Assembly (NCBI GenBank): GCA_038105035.1
Contig: JAYOBT010000003.1
Coordinates: 4,379-68,378, forward strand
Length of the DNA stretch: 64,000 bases
Direction of reading: 5' to 3'
Origin: Candidatus Poseidoniales archaeon
GTDB lineage: Archaea > Thermoplasmatota > Poseidoniia > Poseidoniales > Poseidoniaceae
Under the pieces are notes generated by a model that was not told the DNA's origin, made no database searches, and saw only the letters and a program-made list of their open reading frames with translations. Numbering within the stretch: the stretch's first letter is position 1; every line of letters starts with the position of its first letter. This document shows, in pieces, positions 1 to 9,012 of the stretch. Position numbers and translations under genes: made by a program.

Positions 1-1731
1 TACTTCGTTAAATCCACCTGATGTCAGGGCTTCGAACGTAATCTCTCCTACCGTTATGTTGGCATCAATTGTCTCAGCCAAATCAGAGACGAGGTTGTGG
101 CGTACCTGAACTTCCAAGGCAAGAATCTCATTGACACCTACAGTGGAGCCAGCGCTCATAACATCGCTTTCTGAAAGAACGATGGTGTCAACAGGAAGTC
201 CAGGATCGACAACGATTGCAGGGCGCACCTCAATCTGACCCGAATCTGTAGCAGGTAGGCTACCAGCATCTGCCTGAGCGATTATGAAAACATTGAGACT
301 GTCACCTGCAGCGTTGTGTTCAGCATCGATTAAAGGAAGCTGAATCGGAGGGATTTCAATGTGAATGAATCCTGAAACCGATTCTCCAACCATGAGCGTA
401 CCTGTATTCTCAATGGAAAGATTGTAGTCCCAATTGAGCGCATTCAAGGAGAGGCCAGCGATGAGATTGAAGTTTCCATTTGCGTTTCCTGTGTTTGTGA
501 CATTGAAAGCAATGGTATCCGTCTTACCCGGAAGGACATATGTCGTATCGTTCGTGATATCGACTGTTGCCTCGAAATATTCTCCTGCCATGACACGCGA
601 TGTGTGTGTGAGGCTGTATCCGCTTCCAGCAGATGTGATTGAGAAAGTGATGATATCCACATCTGAATATCCTGCATTTTGTGGCACGTTGACTACAACC
701 GACAATGTCGTGGTTTGTCCAGCGGTCAGAGGATCTGTCGAGGTTGTATCCAACGTAGTGTCTGCCCACCCAAAGGGTCCGCTACTCACACTGATGTCAA
801 AAATATCGGTTGTCGATCCAACGTTCGTTATGATGTAATGGAGGGTCGTTGAGTCTCCTGGGGCAGTGGTGCGATCTGCAGGACCAATCATCTCTGAGAT
901 GTAATCGCTGAACACAGCATCGAATTGCTCATGCGTGTGCAAATGTTGACCGGCCGAACTGTTCACCCAATAAACTGCAGAGATGTTCCACAATCCCGTC
1001 AAAGAGGATGCTGAGAAACCAGCATTGAGCGAAACTTCTGAGGAAGGAAAAGCGATAGAACCCGGTTGGATTGTTTCAGTGTTCGATGCCTGCCAATACT
1101 CATTCGTCGCACCCGTCGATGCATTGAACAAAACGAGACCCATTTCTGACGAAAACGGCATAACACCGTCGTTCTTCATTGAGATGCTGAACGTGTGCGA
1201 GATCCGGTCAAGGAACACGTAGGTATTTCCTGGAGCAGGCGATGGTAAATCATCCGAGATGATATTCGCCGCACGGTAAGTATCAACATCGAAATCTTGG
1301 CGGTATTCGTTGTTGGCGGTGTTTCCATCGTTTGCGCCACTGACGCGAGCAAAGAGTGTCTGGGACGGACCGGTTGTTGCTGTCCAGCTGAGCAAATAGG
1401 TTGTTGTACCCGTGTTCGCAGTCATCGACCCAAGATCGACGGTATCAACGGTCTGTTCTGCTGCGGACGGTGACCCTTTGTGAACGAGCGAAAGGAACGC
1501 GTTGCCGGTAGATGTTCCAACATTTTCAACGGTGATGCGGACGGTGTGCGTGTCAGGTGCGAGGATAAGGGACGGCGAGTCGATGGACCCTGCACCGTCG
1601 AATGTCATTCCTGTCACTCGGAAGTCAGGCCCTGCACGCCCATTTGTTGACGAAGCATCTGCTAGAGGGAGAGCAAGGTGCCCAAGAAGCAAGACGACGA
1701 GAAGGAGCGGGAGTGTCTTCTGCCTATACAT
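1..1731 (-). CDS. Secreted cell-surface protein, partial (runs off window 5' edge). It has an N-terminal signal peptide and repeated CARDB/APHP-like modules with recurring NVG/NTG motifs.
   Basis: Open frame on the minus strand from the ATG at 1731 with no stop to position 1, so it is absent from the ORF track. It starts MYRQKTLPLLLVVLLLGHLALPLA (signal peptide). Motifs repeat every ~100 aa: VENVGTSTGNAF, ITNVGSTTDIFD, FNVTNTGNANGNF. These are typical of CARDB-like adhesin domains. Confidence 0.6.
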   Translation of the reverse strand, partial: MYRQKTLPLLLVVLLLGHLALPLADASSTNGRAGPDFRVTGMTFDGAGSIDSPSLILAPDTHTVRITVENVGTSTGNAFLSLVHKGSPSAAEQTVDTVDLGSMTANTGTTTYLLSWTATTGPSQTLFARVSGANDGNTANNEYRQDFDVDTYRAANIISDDLPSPAPGNTYVFLDRISHTFSISMKNDGVMPFSSEMGLVLFNASTGATNEYWQASNTETIQPGSIAFPSSEVSLNAGFSASSLTGLWNISAVYWVNSSAGQHLHTHEQFDAVFSDYISEMIGPADRTTAPGDSTTLHYIITNVGSTTDIFDISVSSGPFGWADTTLDTTSTDPLTAGQTTTLSVVVNVPQNAGYSDVDIITFSITSAGSGYSLTHTSRVMAGEYFEATVDITNDTTYVLPGKTDTIAFNVTNTGNANGNFNLIAGLSLNALNWDYNLSIENTGTLMVGESVSGFIHIEIPPIQLPLIDAEHNAAGDSLNVFIIAQADAGSLPATDSGQIEVRPAIVVDPGLPVDTIVLSESDVMSAGSTVGVNEILALEVQVRHNLVSDLAETIDANITVGEITFEALTSGGFNEV

Positions 1732-2155
1732 CAGCACTACCTCCTGCTTTTTCGAATCGTTGAATGGTTACAGATTTGCCTTGCGATTTCCAAATCTCGA
1801 GGAGTTGGTTGAGAAGGCGATCGTGTTCTTCGTCTGAAATGCCAAGTCGCCTTCGTTCTTCCCACAACAACAACTGTTCCGTGCGGGTCAGCAATGCGTC
1901 ACGAAGGTACAACTCGAGCGTTCGACGGTATGCATCCCTGTCGGACACGGCGTATACGATGGACGTGCCCGGGAGTTGATCAGCACGGTTTTGAATGAAA
2001 TTACCGAGGTTCAGTGCTTCGTCGTACGAGAGATTTCGCCGATCAAGATCGGTCTGAATGCTCGAAGCGATGCTTTGAAGTTCGTACCTCGTTTTAGCAC
2101 GCTGAATTTTCTTGAAGTACTTGCGGCTTCGTCGCGTCATGCTTGGAGCCGCCAT
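1724..2155 (-). CDS. Hypothetical highly charged, likely alpha-helical protein. Its stop overlaps the start of the downstream CARDB surface protein.
   Basis: ORF 1724..2185 in the track starts with TTG. In-frame ATGs at 2155 (MAAPSMTRR) and 2140. No recognisable motif. The 8-nt overlap with the next start suggests translational coupling. Divergent from bcp. Confidence 0.35.
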   Translation of the reverse strand: MAAPSMTRRSRKYFKKIQRAKTRYELQSIASSIQTDLDRRNLSYDEALNLGNFIQNRADQLPGTSIVYAVSDRDAYRRTLELYLRDALLTRTEQLLLWEERRRLGISDEEHDRLLNQLLEIWKSQGKSVTIQRFEKAGGSADV

Positions 2156-2312
2156 GATTGCTCTTCCCCACTGGCAGTTTATCAAACAATTGGCACAAAT
2201 TCACCAAATTATTTACTCTGCATTACATTTTATTCATAATGCATTAGGCTGGGCTGTTTGCTTCTTGCGGCCAAAACCAAGCATTCATGACGTGTATCGG
2301 CATCCAGCACCC

Positions 2313-2798
2313 ATGAGCAACCCTGTTACCCTTGAGATTGGGAACCAAGCACCAACGTTTACCTGCAAAGATTCAGTAGGTATGGACCATGATTTAGCAA
2401 CATATGGGGCTGAAGGTAAAACAGTGATTCTCTATTTTTATCCTCGCGATTCGACCCCAGGGTGCACGAACCAAGCCTGTGATTTCAGAGACAACATGGG
2501 GCGTCTGCACAGTGATGATTACATTGTCCTGGGTGTTTCCAAAGATTCCGAAACATCTCATGAAAAATTCATTGCCAAACAAGAACTGAATTTCCCCCTC
2601 TTGATGGATACAGAGGGGCACCTGCATGAACTGTTCGGGACATGGCGAATGAAGAAAAATTACGGCAAAGAGTATCTTGGTTGTGTTCGATCGACGTTCG
2701 TCATTAATCCGGATGGGACCATCAAGTGGTGCCGATACAACGTCCGAGCAAAAGGTCACGTTGACATGCTCATGCGTGAGCTTGGATTTGAAGAATGA
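2313..2798 (+). CDS. bcp: Peroxiredoxin, Bcp/PrxQ type (thiol peroxidase).
   Basis: YFYPRDSTPGCTNQAC contains the T-P-G-C-T peroxidatic-cysteine motif of Bcp-type peroxiredoxins. The track ORF 2112.. has a 67-aa non-homologous N-extension, so the start is placed at ATG 2313 (MSNPVTLEIGNQAPTF). An AT-rich box lies upstream, around 2222-2243. Confidence 0.85.
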   Translation: MSNPVTLEIGNQAPTFTCKDSVGMDHDLATYGAEGKTVILYFYPRDSTPGCTNQACDFRDNMGRLHSDDYIVLGVSKDSETSHEKFIAKQELNFPLLMDTEGHLHELFGTWRMKKNYGKEYLGCVRSTFVINPDGTIKWCRYNVRAKGHVDMLMRELGFEE

Positions 2799-2807
2799 GG
2801 GTCATCC

Positions 2808-3275
2808 ATGGACCAAGACATCGGTGGCGAACGCTTGCCCTTGTCGGGCACATCGTGTGCCTACAAACCATGTTACATTGGAAAACAGCTCGACGTCGGT
2901 GAGAATGTTTCAATCGGTTCGATGTGCCACATTGGCCGCAATGTCACCATCGGCAACAACAGCAACATACAGGGATCGAATTATATCGCAGACAAAACAA
3001 TCATCGGGAATTCTGTTTTCATCGGTCCGAATTCAACCATACTCAACGACAAGTATCCTCCTTCTGGTGGTGCAACCAAATGGGTTCCAGTTCAGATTCA
3101 CGACAACGCCGTCATAGGAGGAGGATGCACCATCCTCCCTGGCGCACACATTGGAGAAAGGGCAGTGCTTGGAGGGGGCTCCGTACTCACGAAACCCATT
3201 CCCGACGGCGAAGTATGGGCTGGAAATCCTGCACAATTTCTTATGACTAGGGAAGAATACGAAGACAAGAGGTGA
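2808..3275 (+). CDS. Left-handed beta-helix (hexapeptide-repeat) acyl/acetyltransferase.
   Basis: Tandem [LIV]-G-x4 hexapeptides: VSIGSMCHIGRNVTIGNNSNIQGSNYIADKTIIGNSVFIGPNSTI, AVIGGGCTILPGAHIGERAVLGGGSVL. Starts 9 nt after the bcp stop. Confidence 0.8.
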   Translation: MDQDIGGERLPLSGTSCAYKPCYIGKQLDVGENVSIGSMCHIGRNVTIGNNSNIQGSNYIADKTIIGNSVFIGPNSTILNDKYPPSGGATKWVPVQIHDNAVIGGGCTILPGAHIGERAVLGGGSVLTKPIPDGEVWAGNPAQFLMTREEYEDKR

Positions 3276-3280
3276 CGAGG

Positions 3281-4084
3281 ATGGAGGGTAAAGCACACAT
3301 CATTTCGTTCCTCAAGAAATGCATCGAGTATGCAAATGCCTCCATCGAACGAAAGCAGAAAAGAGGCGATGTTGAAGACATCGCAAAATGGGAAGCTTAT
3401 CGCGACTATACCGCACATGCAGTGATGGAGGTCGAAGCAGGTGAGCTCGACCGATGGTTTCCTTCCCAACAAAAGGCGCTTGGAGAATCTGATGTGAGCA
3501 ATCTCAGCCTTGATGCGCTCACTCACGAGGCTCGCTCCGCATGGCTGACCAACCTTGCAAGCCCACGACCGTTGGCGCTCATTGCTACATCATCAGACTC
3601 GGGGGTTCGCAACATTGCACCTTACACGTCGCTCTCGATTGTATCCAATTCGCCTCCGATGGCGATTGTTTCGCTCTCAGCAGACCGAAACGATCGTTGG
3701 AGAGATACCTTGTTGAACATGAGGCAGACAAAAAAGGCCGTACTCAACTTCCTGCCGATTTCATTGGATTCAGCAAGCGTGGTTGAACAAACTGCAAAGC
3801 CAATCGACCACGGTACCAGCGAATGGGATGCGTTTGGCTTGGAAAGTTTGGAAACAAACGAACTCGTCATGAACGATGCAGCCTTTGCCATCGTTGGAGA
3901 ATTGGTCGAAGAGGTCGATTTGCCTGATGCAAAAGCCAAATTAGCCATCCTTCGATTGTCAGACATTCTCATCCCAGGTAACCTCGATGCGTCTCAGCCT
4001 GCGCATATACTGTGCCAACACGGTTTGAATCGACTGATGGCAACGCCAACAGAATGGCATTACAACATCGACCGAAGCGTTTGA
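3281..4084 (+). CDS. Flavin reductase-like FMN-binding split-barrel protein with an ~90-aa N-terminal extension.
   Basis: RPLALIATSSDSGVRNIAPYTSLSIVSNSPPMAIVSL and a downstream G-rich core fit the flavin-reductase domain pattern. ATG at 3281, 6 nt after the upstream stop. The track start at 3272 is GTG. Confidence 0.55.
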   Translation: MEGKAHIISFLKKCIEYANASIERKQKRGDVEDIAKWEAYRDYTAHAVMEVEAGELDRWFPSQQKALGESDVSNLSLDALTHEARSAWLTNLASPRPLALIATSSDSGVRNIAPYTSLSIVSNSPPMAIVSLSADRNDRWRDTLLNMRQTKKAVLNFLPISLDSASVVEQTAKPIDHGTSEWDAFGLESLETNELVMNDAAFAIVGELVEEVDLPDAKAKLAILRLSDILIPGNLDASQPAHILCQHGLNRLMATPTEWHYNIDRSV

Positions 4085-5013
4085 CCAAGGCCGTCCTCGA
4101 GTGTGGTTTGGGCTTGCCAATTCAGGTGCTTCTTGGTCTGTTCGAGATTGGGCAAACGGCGTTTTGAGTCACCCGGATGTCCTTGCTCGTTACGAATTCG
4201 GACCGCGTGACCTATTTCGTTTCCAACAAGTTCAGCGACTCTTTGAGCAAGGTCAAGCATGGAACATTCTTCCTCAGAACCGAGATTCAAACTCATTCCT
4301 CCGAGGCCCTCGGCCAGACCTGCGGCCTCAATACCACGAACGAGATCATCAATGTAGGTCAACGAACGAGTTTGTGAACCATCACCATGAACGATGATTT
4401 CTCCTTTCTGAACAGCACGTTGCAACATCATTGCGACAACTTGACCGTATTCGTTGCCGAGCAATCGAGGCCCGTAGCCATTGAATGGGCGCACGATACG
4501 GGCATCGAGACCTTGGCGAACAGCGTGTTGAACAGCCAATTCACCGAGATACTTGCTCGCTCCATAGGCATGTCGTTGGTGTTCATGGGCGACAGGAAAA
4601 ACCGACGCTTCATCGCCTCCGAGTGGCATGATTTCTGACTCTCCATATGCTTCTGGTGATGATGTGAAGACGTAGCGACAATTGTTTTCTTCTGCAAATT
4701 CGAGAGAACGCAATGTCGAATTGAGATTTACATCCATCACCATTCTAGGTTCTTCATGAAACCACTTGGTTCCATTGATGGCAGCGAGGTGATAGATGAT
4801 GTCAATGCCACTCGGGTTCGGAATCATCTCGTAGGTGCCAGAATCACAAGCATCACCTTCAATGAATGTGATTTGAGCCTCAACCGCTCGTAGATTCGCT
4901 TTCTTCCCCCGCCAGCAATTGTCGAGAACCACAACATTGTGACCTTGTTTTACCAGCGACTCAACCAGACTTGAACCAAGAAAACCTGCACCTCCCGTGA
5001 CGAGGATTCGCAT
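4060..5013 (-). CDS. NAD-dependent sugar-nucleotide epimerase/dehydratase (extended SDR, UDP-glucuronate decarboxylase/UDP-glucose 4-epimerase-like).
   Basis: MRILVTGGAGFLGSSLVESL Rossmann GxxGxxG. YGASK catalytic YxxxK. GDGSQTRSLTYIDDLV. Start placed at ATG 5013, directly after the stop of the upstream AcnX gene. The track M at 5085 lies inside the upstream gene. Confidence 0.8.
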   Translation of the reverse strand: MRILVTGGAGFLGSSLVESLVKQGHNVVVLDNCWRGKKANLRAVEAQITFIEGDACDSGTYEMIPNPSGIDIIYHLAAINGTKWFHEEPRMVMDVNLNSTLRSLEFAEENNCRYVFTSSPEAYGESEIMPLGGDEASVFPVAHEHQRHAYGASKYLGELAVQHAVRQGLDARIVRPFNGYGPRLLGNEYGQVVAMMLQRAVQKGEIIVHGDGSQTRSLTYIDDLVRGIEAAGLAEGLGGMSLNLGSEEECSMLDLAQRVAELVGNEIGHAVRIRNEQGHPGDSKRRLPNLEQTKKHLNWQAQTTLEDGLGQTLRSML

Positions 5014-5017
5014 CGTT

Positions 5018-6763
5018 TCACACTCGCTCAAGAATTTCAATCGAAACCTGATCTTGTACTCGCTTGAAGCGAACAAGGTCTCCATCGTTAACCATCATGC
5101 ATGGATCCTCCTCAAACCCATGCCCATATGGAACGTTCAACAACGAACATGCAGGAAGCGTCAACGGACATACGTCCCGGTTGACGATGGCAAGTGGGCC
5201 TTTGTTTTCGTACAACAGCCCCATCAAAACGTAGGGAGCAACGGTCGAACCTGAACCCTTGGGATAGATGAGAATACGATTCTCAATCGCACGTCCATCG
5301 AGGGGGTGTCCCGCTTCCTCAACAACGCCAGTATCACGGTTGACATAACCAAGATACGTAATTGGAACATCTGTCACCATCGCTCGACCCTCAACAGAAA
5401 AGTCGCCTTGTGAATTCAACCCAGAACCGTTGATGATGCGAAGGCCAGTTTGCAACGTCTTTGCACTGACGTGACCACCATGCGAAGATTGAGCAAGCGT
5501 CGGCGTCGGTCCTTTTGCTCTCTCTGGGTCGATAGCATGACGGACGCATTCCTCAATCGGGGCAACACTCGTCGGTATTCGATTGAGACCACTGGTCAGG
5601 TAATGTTCTGCCTTCATCGAATTTGTCAGCAGATGATTGTATCTTTCACGGTTGTACGGCGTGACTTCAGGACAAGTGTCAACGAGAACCAAGGCACCTG
5701 CTTCTTCCAACATCGAGACGGTTCCATCCGCCTCGGCTAAAGCGTAATTCTCTTGACTTGTGAACACCCACAGCCGTTGATTTGGTATGGATTCTCCAAA
5801 CTCCATGTGTGTGCGAAGCGCAGCTGCAGTCGTCCGCATTTCTTCCAAACTGGCTTGTGGACATCCAATAACGATGAGATCAACCTTTCCTTTCGGACTG
5901 AGTTCCTCATAACGTGCTTCAAGATCCGATTGTGTGAAGATGAGCGTTCCTTCCCAATCGATCGAATCAACGGGTTGCGTAGGTGGTTCAGTGTGCCCTT
6001 CAACCCACATCATCGGTGAGCCGTAATTTGCTGCTGCAGCAGTCAATGCCTTTTTTCGTGCAAAGGAAATGAAATCATCGAGTCCCTCGACATATGGCAT
6101 TGGTCCGAACGGCAAATCCCACTCAGGCTTTGCATTCTTACCAATCCAATCACCAAGGATGGAATAATCGGAAAGCGTTTCAAGTTCACATTCAACCACG
6201 ACCCTGATATTCGGTTGACGATTTGACTCGAGGTGCAGCCCCCATGCGGGAGCATATCCAGTAAGGGCTGTTGCAAGGGCGCTCAATCCCGACTCACGAT
6301 TGGTGATCAAGGACGTCCATGTGTTCGAATAACAAACAGCATTCGACTCGGCCCACGATGCGGTTTCACCCTCAATCTCAATGCCTCGATCGTAAGGTGT
6401 ACAGGACAGTGTTGCTTCGATGCCAAGTCGGTCATAGGCCTGGATAATCTCGAATTGTTGTTCAAGGAAATTCGGCCATGCAATCCCCATTTCTTCCATT
6501 TTTTCCCGATCGCATCCCGCTGAATTCAAGGTTGTTGGGATAACTACCGTCCCTTCATCATCTCCACTCAAATCCTTAAGGAAGGTACGCAACCCATGGC
6601 CTCCAGTAATGACTGAAACGCCAGAAACGTGTGCGTGATCAACCTCAACAAAGGATTCTGCCTTCGCAACTCTTGCGAGGTCAACCACGAGGCGAGCAGC
6701 CTTCTGTCGTGTTGGTCCTTCGTTGCCTTCCAACTGTTCCGACAAACGCTTTGGAAGTTGCAT
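5018..6763 (-). CDS. Fused AcnX-family dehydratase (DUF521 aconitase-X catalytic domain plus C-terminal DUF126 swivel domain in one polypeptide; type-I AcnX architecture).
   Basis: N-terminal region (EVDHAHVSGVS, SCTPY, VLVDTCPEV) matches the AcnX large-subunit pattern. The C-terminal ~130 aa (ILIYPKGSGSTVAPYVLMGLLYENKGPLAIVN, DVCPLTLPACSLLNVPYG) matches the AcnX small-subunit/DUF126 pattern. The track start is TTG at 6808. In-frame ATGs at 6790 and 6763; the latter fits the family N-terminus. Confidence 0.7.
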   Translation of the reverse strand: MQLPKRLSEQLEGNEGPTRQKAARLVVDLARVAKAESFVEVDHAHVSGVSVITGGHGLRTFLKDLSGDDEGTVVIPTTLNSAGCDREKMEEMGIAWPNFLEQQFEIIQAYDRLGIEATLSCTPYDRGIEIEGETASWAESNAVCYSNTWTSLITNRESGLSALATALTGYAPAWGLHLESNRQPNIRVVVECELETLSDYSILGDWIGKNAKPEWDLPFGPMPYVEGLDDFISFARKKALTAAAANYGSPMMWVEGHTEPPTQPVDSIDWEGTLIFTQSDLEARYEELSPKGKVDLIVIGCPQASLEEMRTTAAALRTHMEFGESIPNQRLWVFTSQENYALAEADGTVSMLEEAGALVLVDTCPEVTPYNRERYNHLLTNSMKAEHYLTSGLNRIPTSVAPIEECVRHAIDPERAKGPTPTLAQSSHGGHVSAKTLQTGLRIINGSGLNSQGDFSVEGRAMVTDVPITYLGYVNRDTGVVEEAGHPLDGRAIENRILIYPKGSGSTVAPYVLMGLLYENKGPLAIVNRDVCPLTLPACSLLNVPYGHGFEEDPCMMVNDGDLVRFKRVQDQVSIEILERV

Positions 6764-6930
6764 GAAGTAATGCAAACATCGGCGCTTCATCAAGACTCGT
6801 GTTCTCAACCGATGGTTTTGATACGGTTGACGTCGCTCCGCCGTTTATGTCCTCAACTGAGAACAATACACTAGGAGCCCGCCGTGATGAACAACAACCA
6901 CGTTTTCTATCACGTGAAAACATCGTCAAG

Positions 6931-9012
6931 ATGCTGAAGACAACCATCGTGCTTAGTGCACTATTCATGTCCATATGGGCAGTCGTGCTAAACCAATCGG
7001 TTGTATCGCTTGAACCAACTGCAGAGGATGAATCAGTCATTCTTGTTGAGACAGAAGGCCGTGAAGCCGACGTCTACTGTCCAGAGGGAGGAGCAGACAT
7101 CTTCCTCGGTACAGATTTCGATGGCGATGGGAAACTTTCAACCAGCGAGATCACCACCAGCACCAAGGTTTGTCATGGCCAGCAAGGGCTCTCTGGACCT
7201 CAGGGGCAATCTGGTCAAGATGGTGAAAACGGATTCAACGGAAATTCAAGTCTCGTCAATCTAACAGCTTTGTCACCTGGAATTCCTTGCCAGTTCGGTG
7301 GAATTCAAATTCAGTCTGGAATCGACATCGATCACAATCAATTCTTGGATGAGGTAGAAGTGCAAACAACGGCCCATATTTGCGATGGTCAGCTTGGAGA
7401 AGAAGGACCAGAGGGCCAGCAAGGAACCGATGGTGCACAAGGATACTCTGCCTTGATTGAACAACAGCAAGCTCCTACTTCGATCTGTCCGCAAGGCATC
7501 GTCATGCAATTCGGAGTTGACGATGGAACAGACATGGCAACAGCAAACGACGGAATTCTTCAGCAAGACGAAATTCGAGAGTCGTTGAAAATCTGTTCTG
7601 AACAATTGTATGAAGGATTAACAGGAGACATTTTCACCAACTCGGGAGATGCGATGTCTTCTGTTTGTGATCAATCACAGTGGGGCGATTTATCCTCGGC
7701 TTTCATATTCTCAGCAACCGATGGAATAAACGGATGTGAACTTTGGATTCTTGATCAGGACAACACGCCATCGATGCTCATGGACATTCATGCATCTGGT
7801 GATTCAATTCCAGGGCGAGAACTTGGTATTCACGTCGTTGAGACCGAGCGAGGCCAACGATTCTTCTTTGATGCTGATGATGGCGTTCATGGACGAGAAC
7901 TATGGGTCAGTGATGGAACCTCCATCGGAACAACAATGCTCGGAGACATGGAAACTGGTGATGCCATCGGTTGGAATTCGGAATTAACGACATGGATGAA
8001 CGGTGTTGTGTTCACAACAAACGGGCAACAAGGGAACAGAATGTGGTGGAGCAATGGAAGTGTAACAACATCAATTTGGCAAGCACCTTGGTTTTCATCT
8101 TCTGCTTCTTCGGACTTGATGAATCAATCCGCTGCATTGACCTCGATTGGACAAGGCTTGCTGCAAGGCGATATATCGGGTCTTTGGTTTGCAGCGAAAG
8201 AGACCCAAATTGGACTTGAAATGATGCATCTCGACAACAATGGTACGCTTCATATGTTCGACTTGCAACCATTCGGTGACTCTTCACCCTCACGTGGCCT
8301 TTCGATCGAGGATGGCTTTGTTGTTGTCGCCAGTGATGGGACTGGACGTCAGTTAGCAAAGTTGAATCACGATGGAGGCTATCAATGGCTCACATCGATG
8401 ACAAAGGAGGGGACAACAACACCAACATCCGTAGTTGCTCCTGCATTTGGAATCCATAAGCTAAGCGATACAATCGTGTTTGACGTCGTCTACCGTGGTG
8501 CTGATGCAACTTTGTTTAGTTACTCCTTAACCAGTGGGATGCTTCAAGAACTCAGTTCAAGCATTATTGCACCAGGCCACAGTGTTGATGTTGTCTCGAA
8601 TGGAAATACGATATGGTTTGATTGTGTTCAATCCAATACGGGTATGGAGATTTGCCAGACCGATGGAACGGTTATGGGCACGATGTTGACTGTGGACTTG
8701 ATGCCTGGTGTGACTGCTAGTCAGCCACGTGCGTTTGCCTATGTTGATTCAACGTTGTATGTTCTCGCTGAAGGATTGGATGGTTCAGGAACAAACAGTG
8801 GTCACGCTTTGTGGTCCATCGATGGACACTCGGCGACACTCGAACTCGATGTATGGACTGGCATTGGTAACGATTCCAATGCAGGAACGTATGGAGAACT
8901 TGTTGCAACATCGAACCATCTGTTGTTCATCGCTGATGATGGTCAACATGGTCATGAATTGCATCAATACCTTCGTTCATCCATCCGAGATCAGTGGATG
9001 GTTTGGGATTGA
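6931..9012 (+). CDS. Secreted protein with an N-terminal signal anchor, two Cys-framed collagen-like (G-X-Y) modules and ELWxxDGT-type repeats.
   Basis: MLKTTIVLSALFMSIWAVV signal/anchor at ATG 6931. GLSGPQGQSGQDGENGFNG and GEEGPEGQQGTDGAQG are G-X-Y runs. GCELWILDQ, GRELWVSDGTSIGTTMLGD and GHELHQ match the ELWxxDGT repeat pattern. The track start at 6799 would put a long non-hydrophobic leader before the signal. Confidence 0.65.
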   Translation: MLKTTIVLSALFMSIWAVVLNQSVVSLEPTAEDESVILVETEGREADVYCPEGGADIFLGTDFDGDGKLSTSEITTSTKVCHGQQGLSGPQGQSGQDGENGFNGNSSLVNLTALSPGIPCQFGGIQIQSGIDIDHNQFLDEVEVQTTAHICDGQLGEEGPEGQQGTDGAQGYSALIEQQQAPTSICPQGIVMQFGVDDGTDMATANDGILQQDEIRESLKICSEQLYEGLTGDIFTNSGDAMSSVCDQSQWGDLSSAFIFSATDGINGCELWILDQDNTPSMLMDIHASGDSIPGRELGIHVVETERGQRFFFDADDGVHGRELWVSDGTSIGTTMLGDMETGDAIGWNSELTTWMNGVVFTTNGQQGNRMWWSNGSVTTSIWQAPWFSSSASSDLMNQSAALTSIGQGLLQGDISGLWFAAKETQIGLEMMHLDNNGTLHMFDLQPFGDSSPSRGLSIEDGFVVVASDGTGRQLAKLNHDGGYQWLTSMTKEGTTTPTSVVAPAFGIHKLSDTIVFDVVYRGADATLFSYSLTSGMLQELSSSIIAPGHSVDVVSNGNTIWFDCVQSNTGMEICQTDGTVMGTMLTVDLMPGVTASQPRAFAYVDSTLYVLAEGLDGSGTNSGHALWSIDGHSATLELDVWTGIGNDSNAGTYGELVATSNHLLFIADDGQHGHELHQYLRSSIRDQWMVWD
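7075..7445 (+). repeat. Duplicated intragenic module. A C-x-x-G-G-x-x-I...D-x-D-x-x-G-x-L scaffold is followed by a short collagen-like G-X-Y run (two copies).
   Basis: Copy 1: CPEGGADIFLGTDFDGDGKLSTSEITTSTKVCHGQQGLSGPQGQSGQDGENGFNG. Copy 2: CQFGGIQIQSGIDIDHNQFLDEVEVQTTAHICDGQLGEEGPEGQQGTDGAQG. Confidence 0.6.

Noticed and set aside
2924-3250. 108-aa His/Arg/Gln-rich ORF (+), and other 60-150-aa ORFs nested inside larger genes (e.g. 3098..3526 -, 5450..5740 +, 7273..7605 -).
   Set aside because: They lie entirely within, and out of frame with or antisense to, strongly supported genes (LbH acetyltransferase, AcnX, ELWxxDGT protein). They have low-complexity or biased composition and no motif, so they are shadow ORFs.
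7075-7445. Collagen-like G-X-Y runs as evidence of eukaryotic contamination.
   Set aside because: They sit inside a continuous ORF with a prokaryotic signal anchor and ELWxxDGT repeats, flanked by archaeal genes. They are short prokaryotic collagen-like segments.
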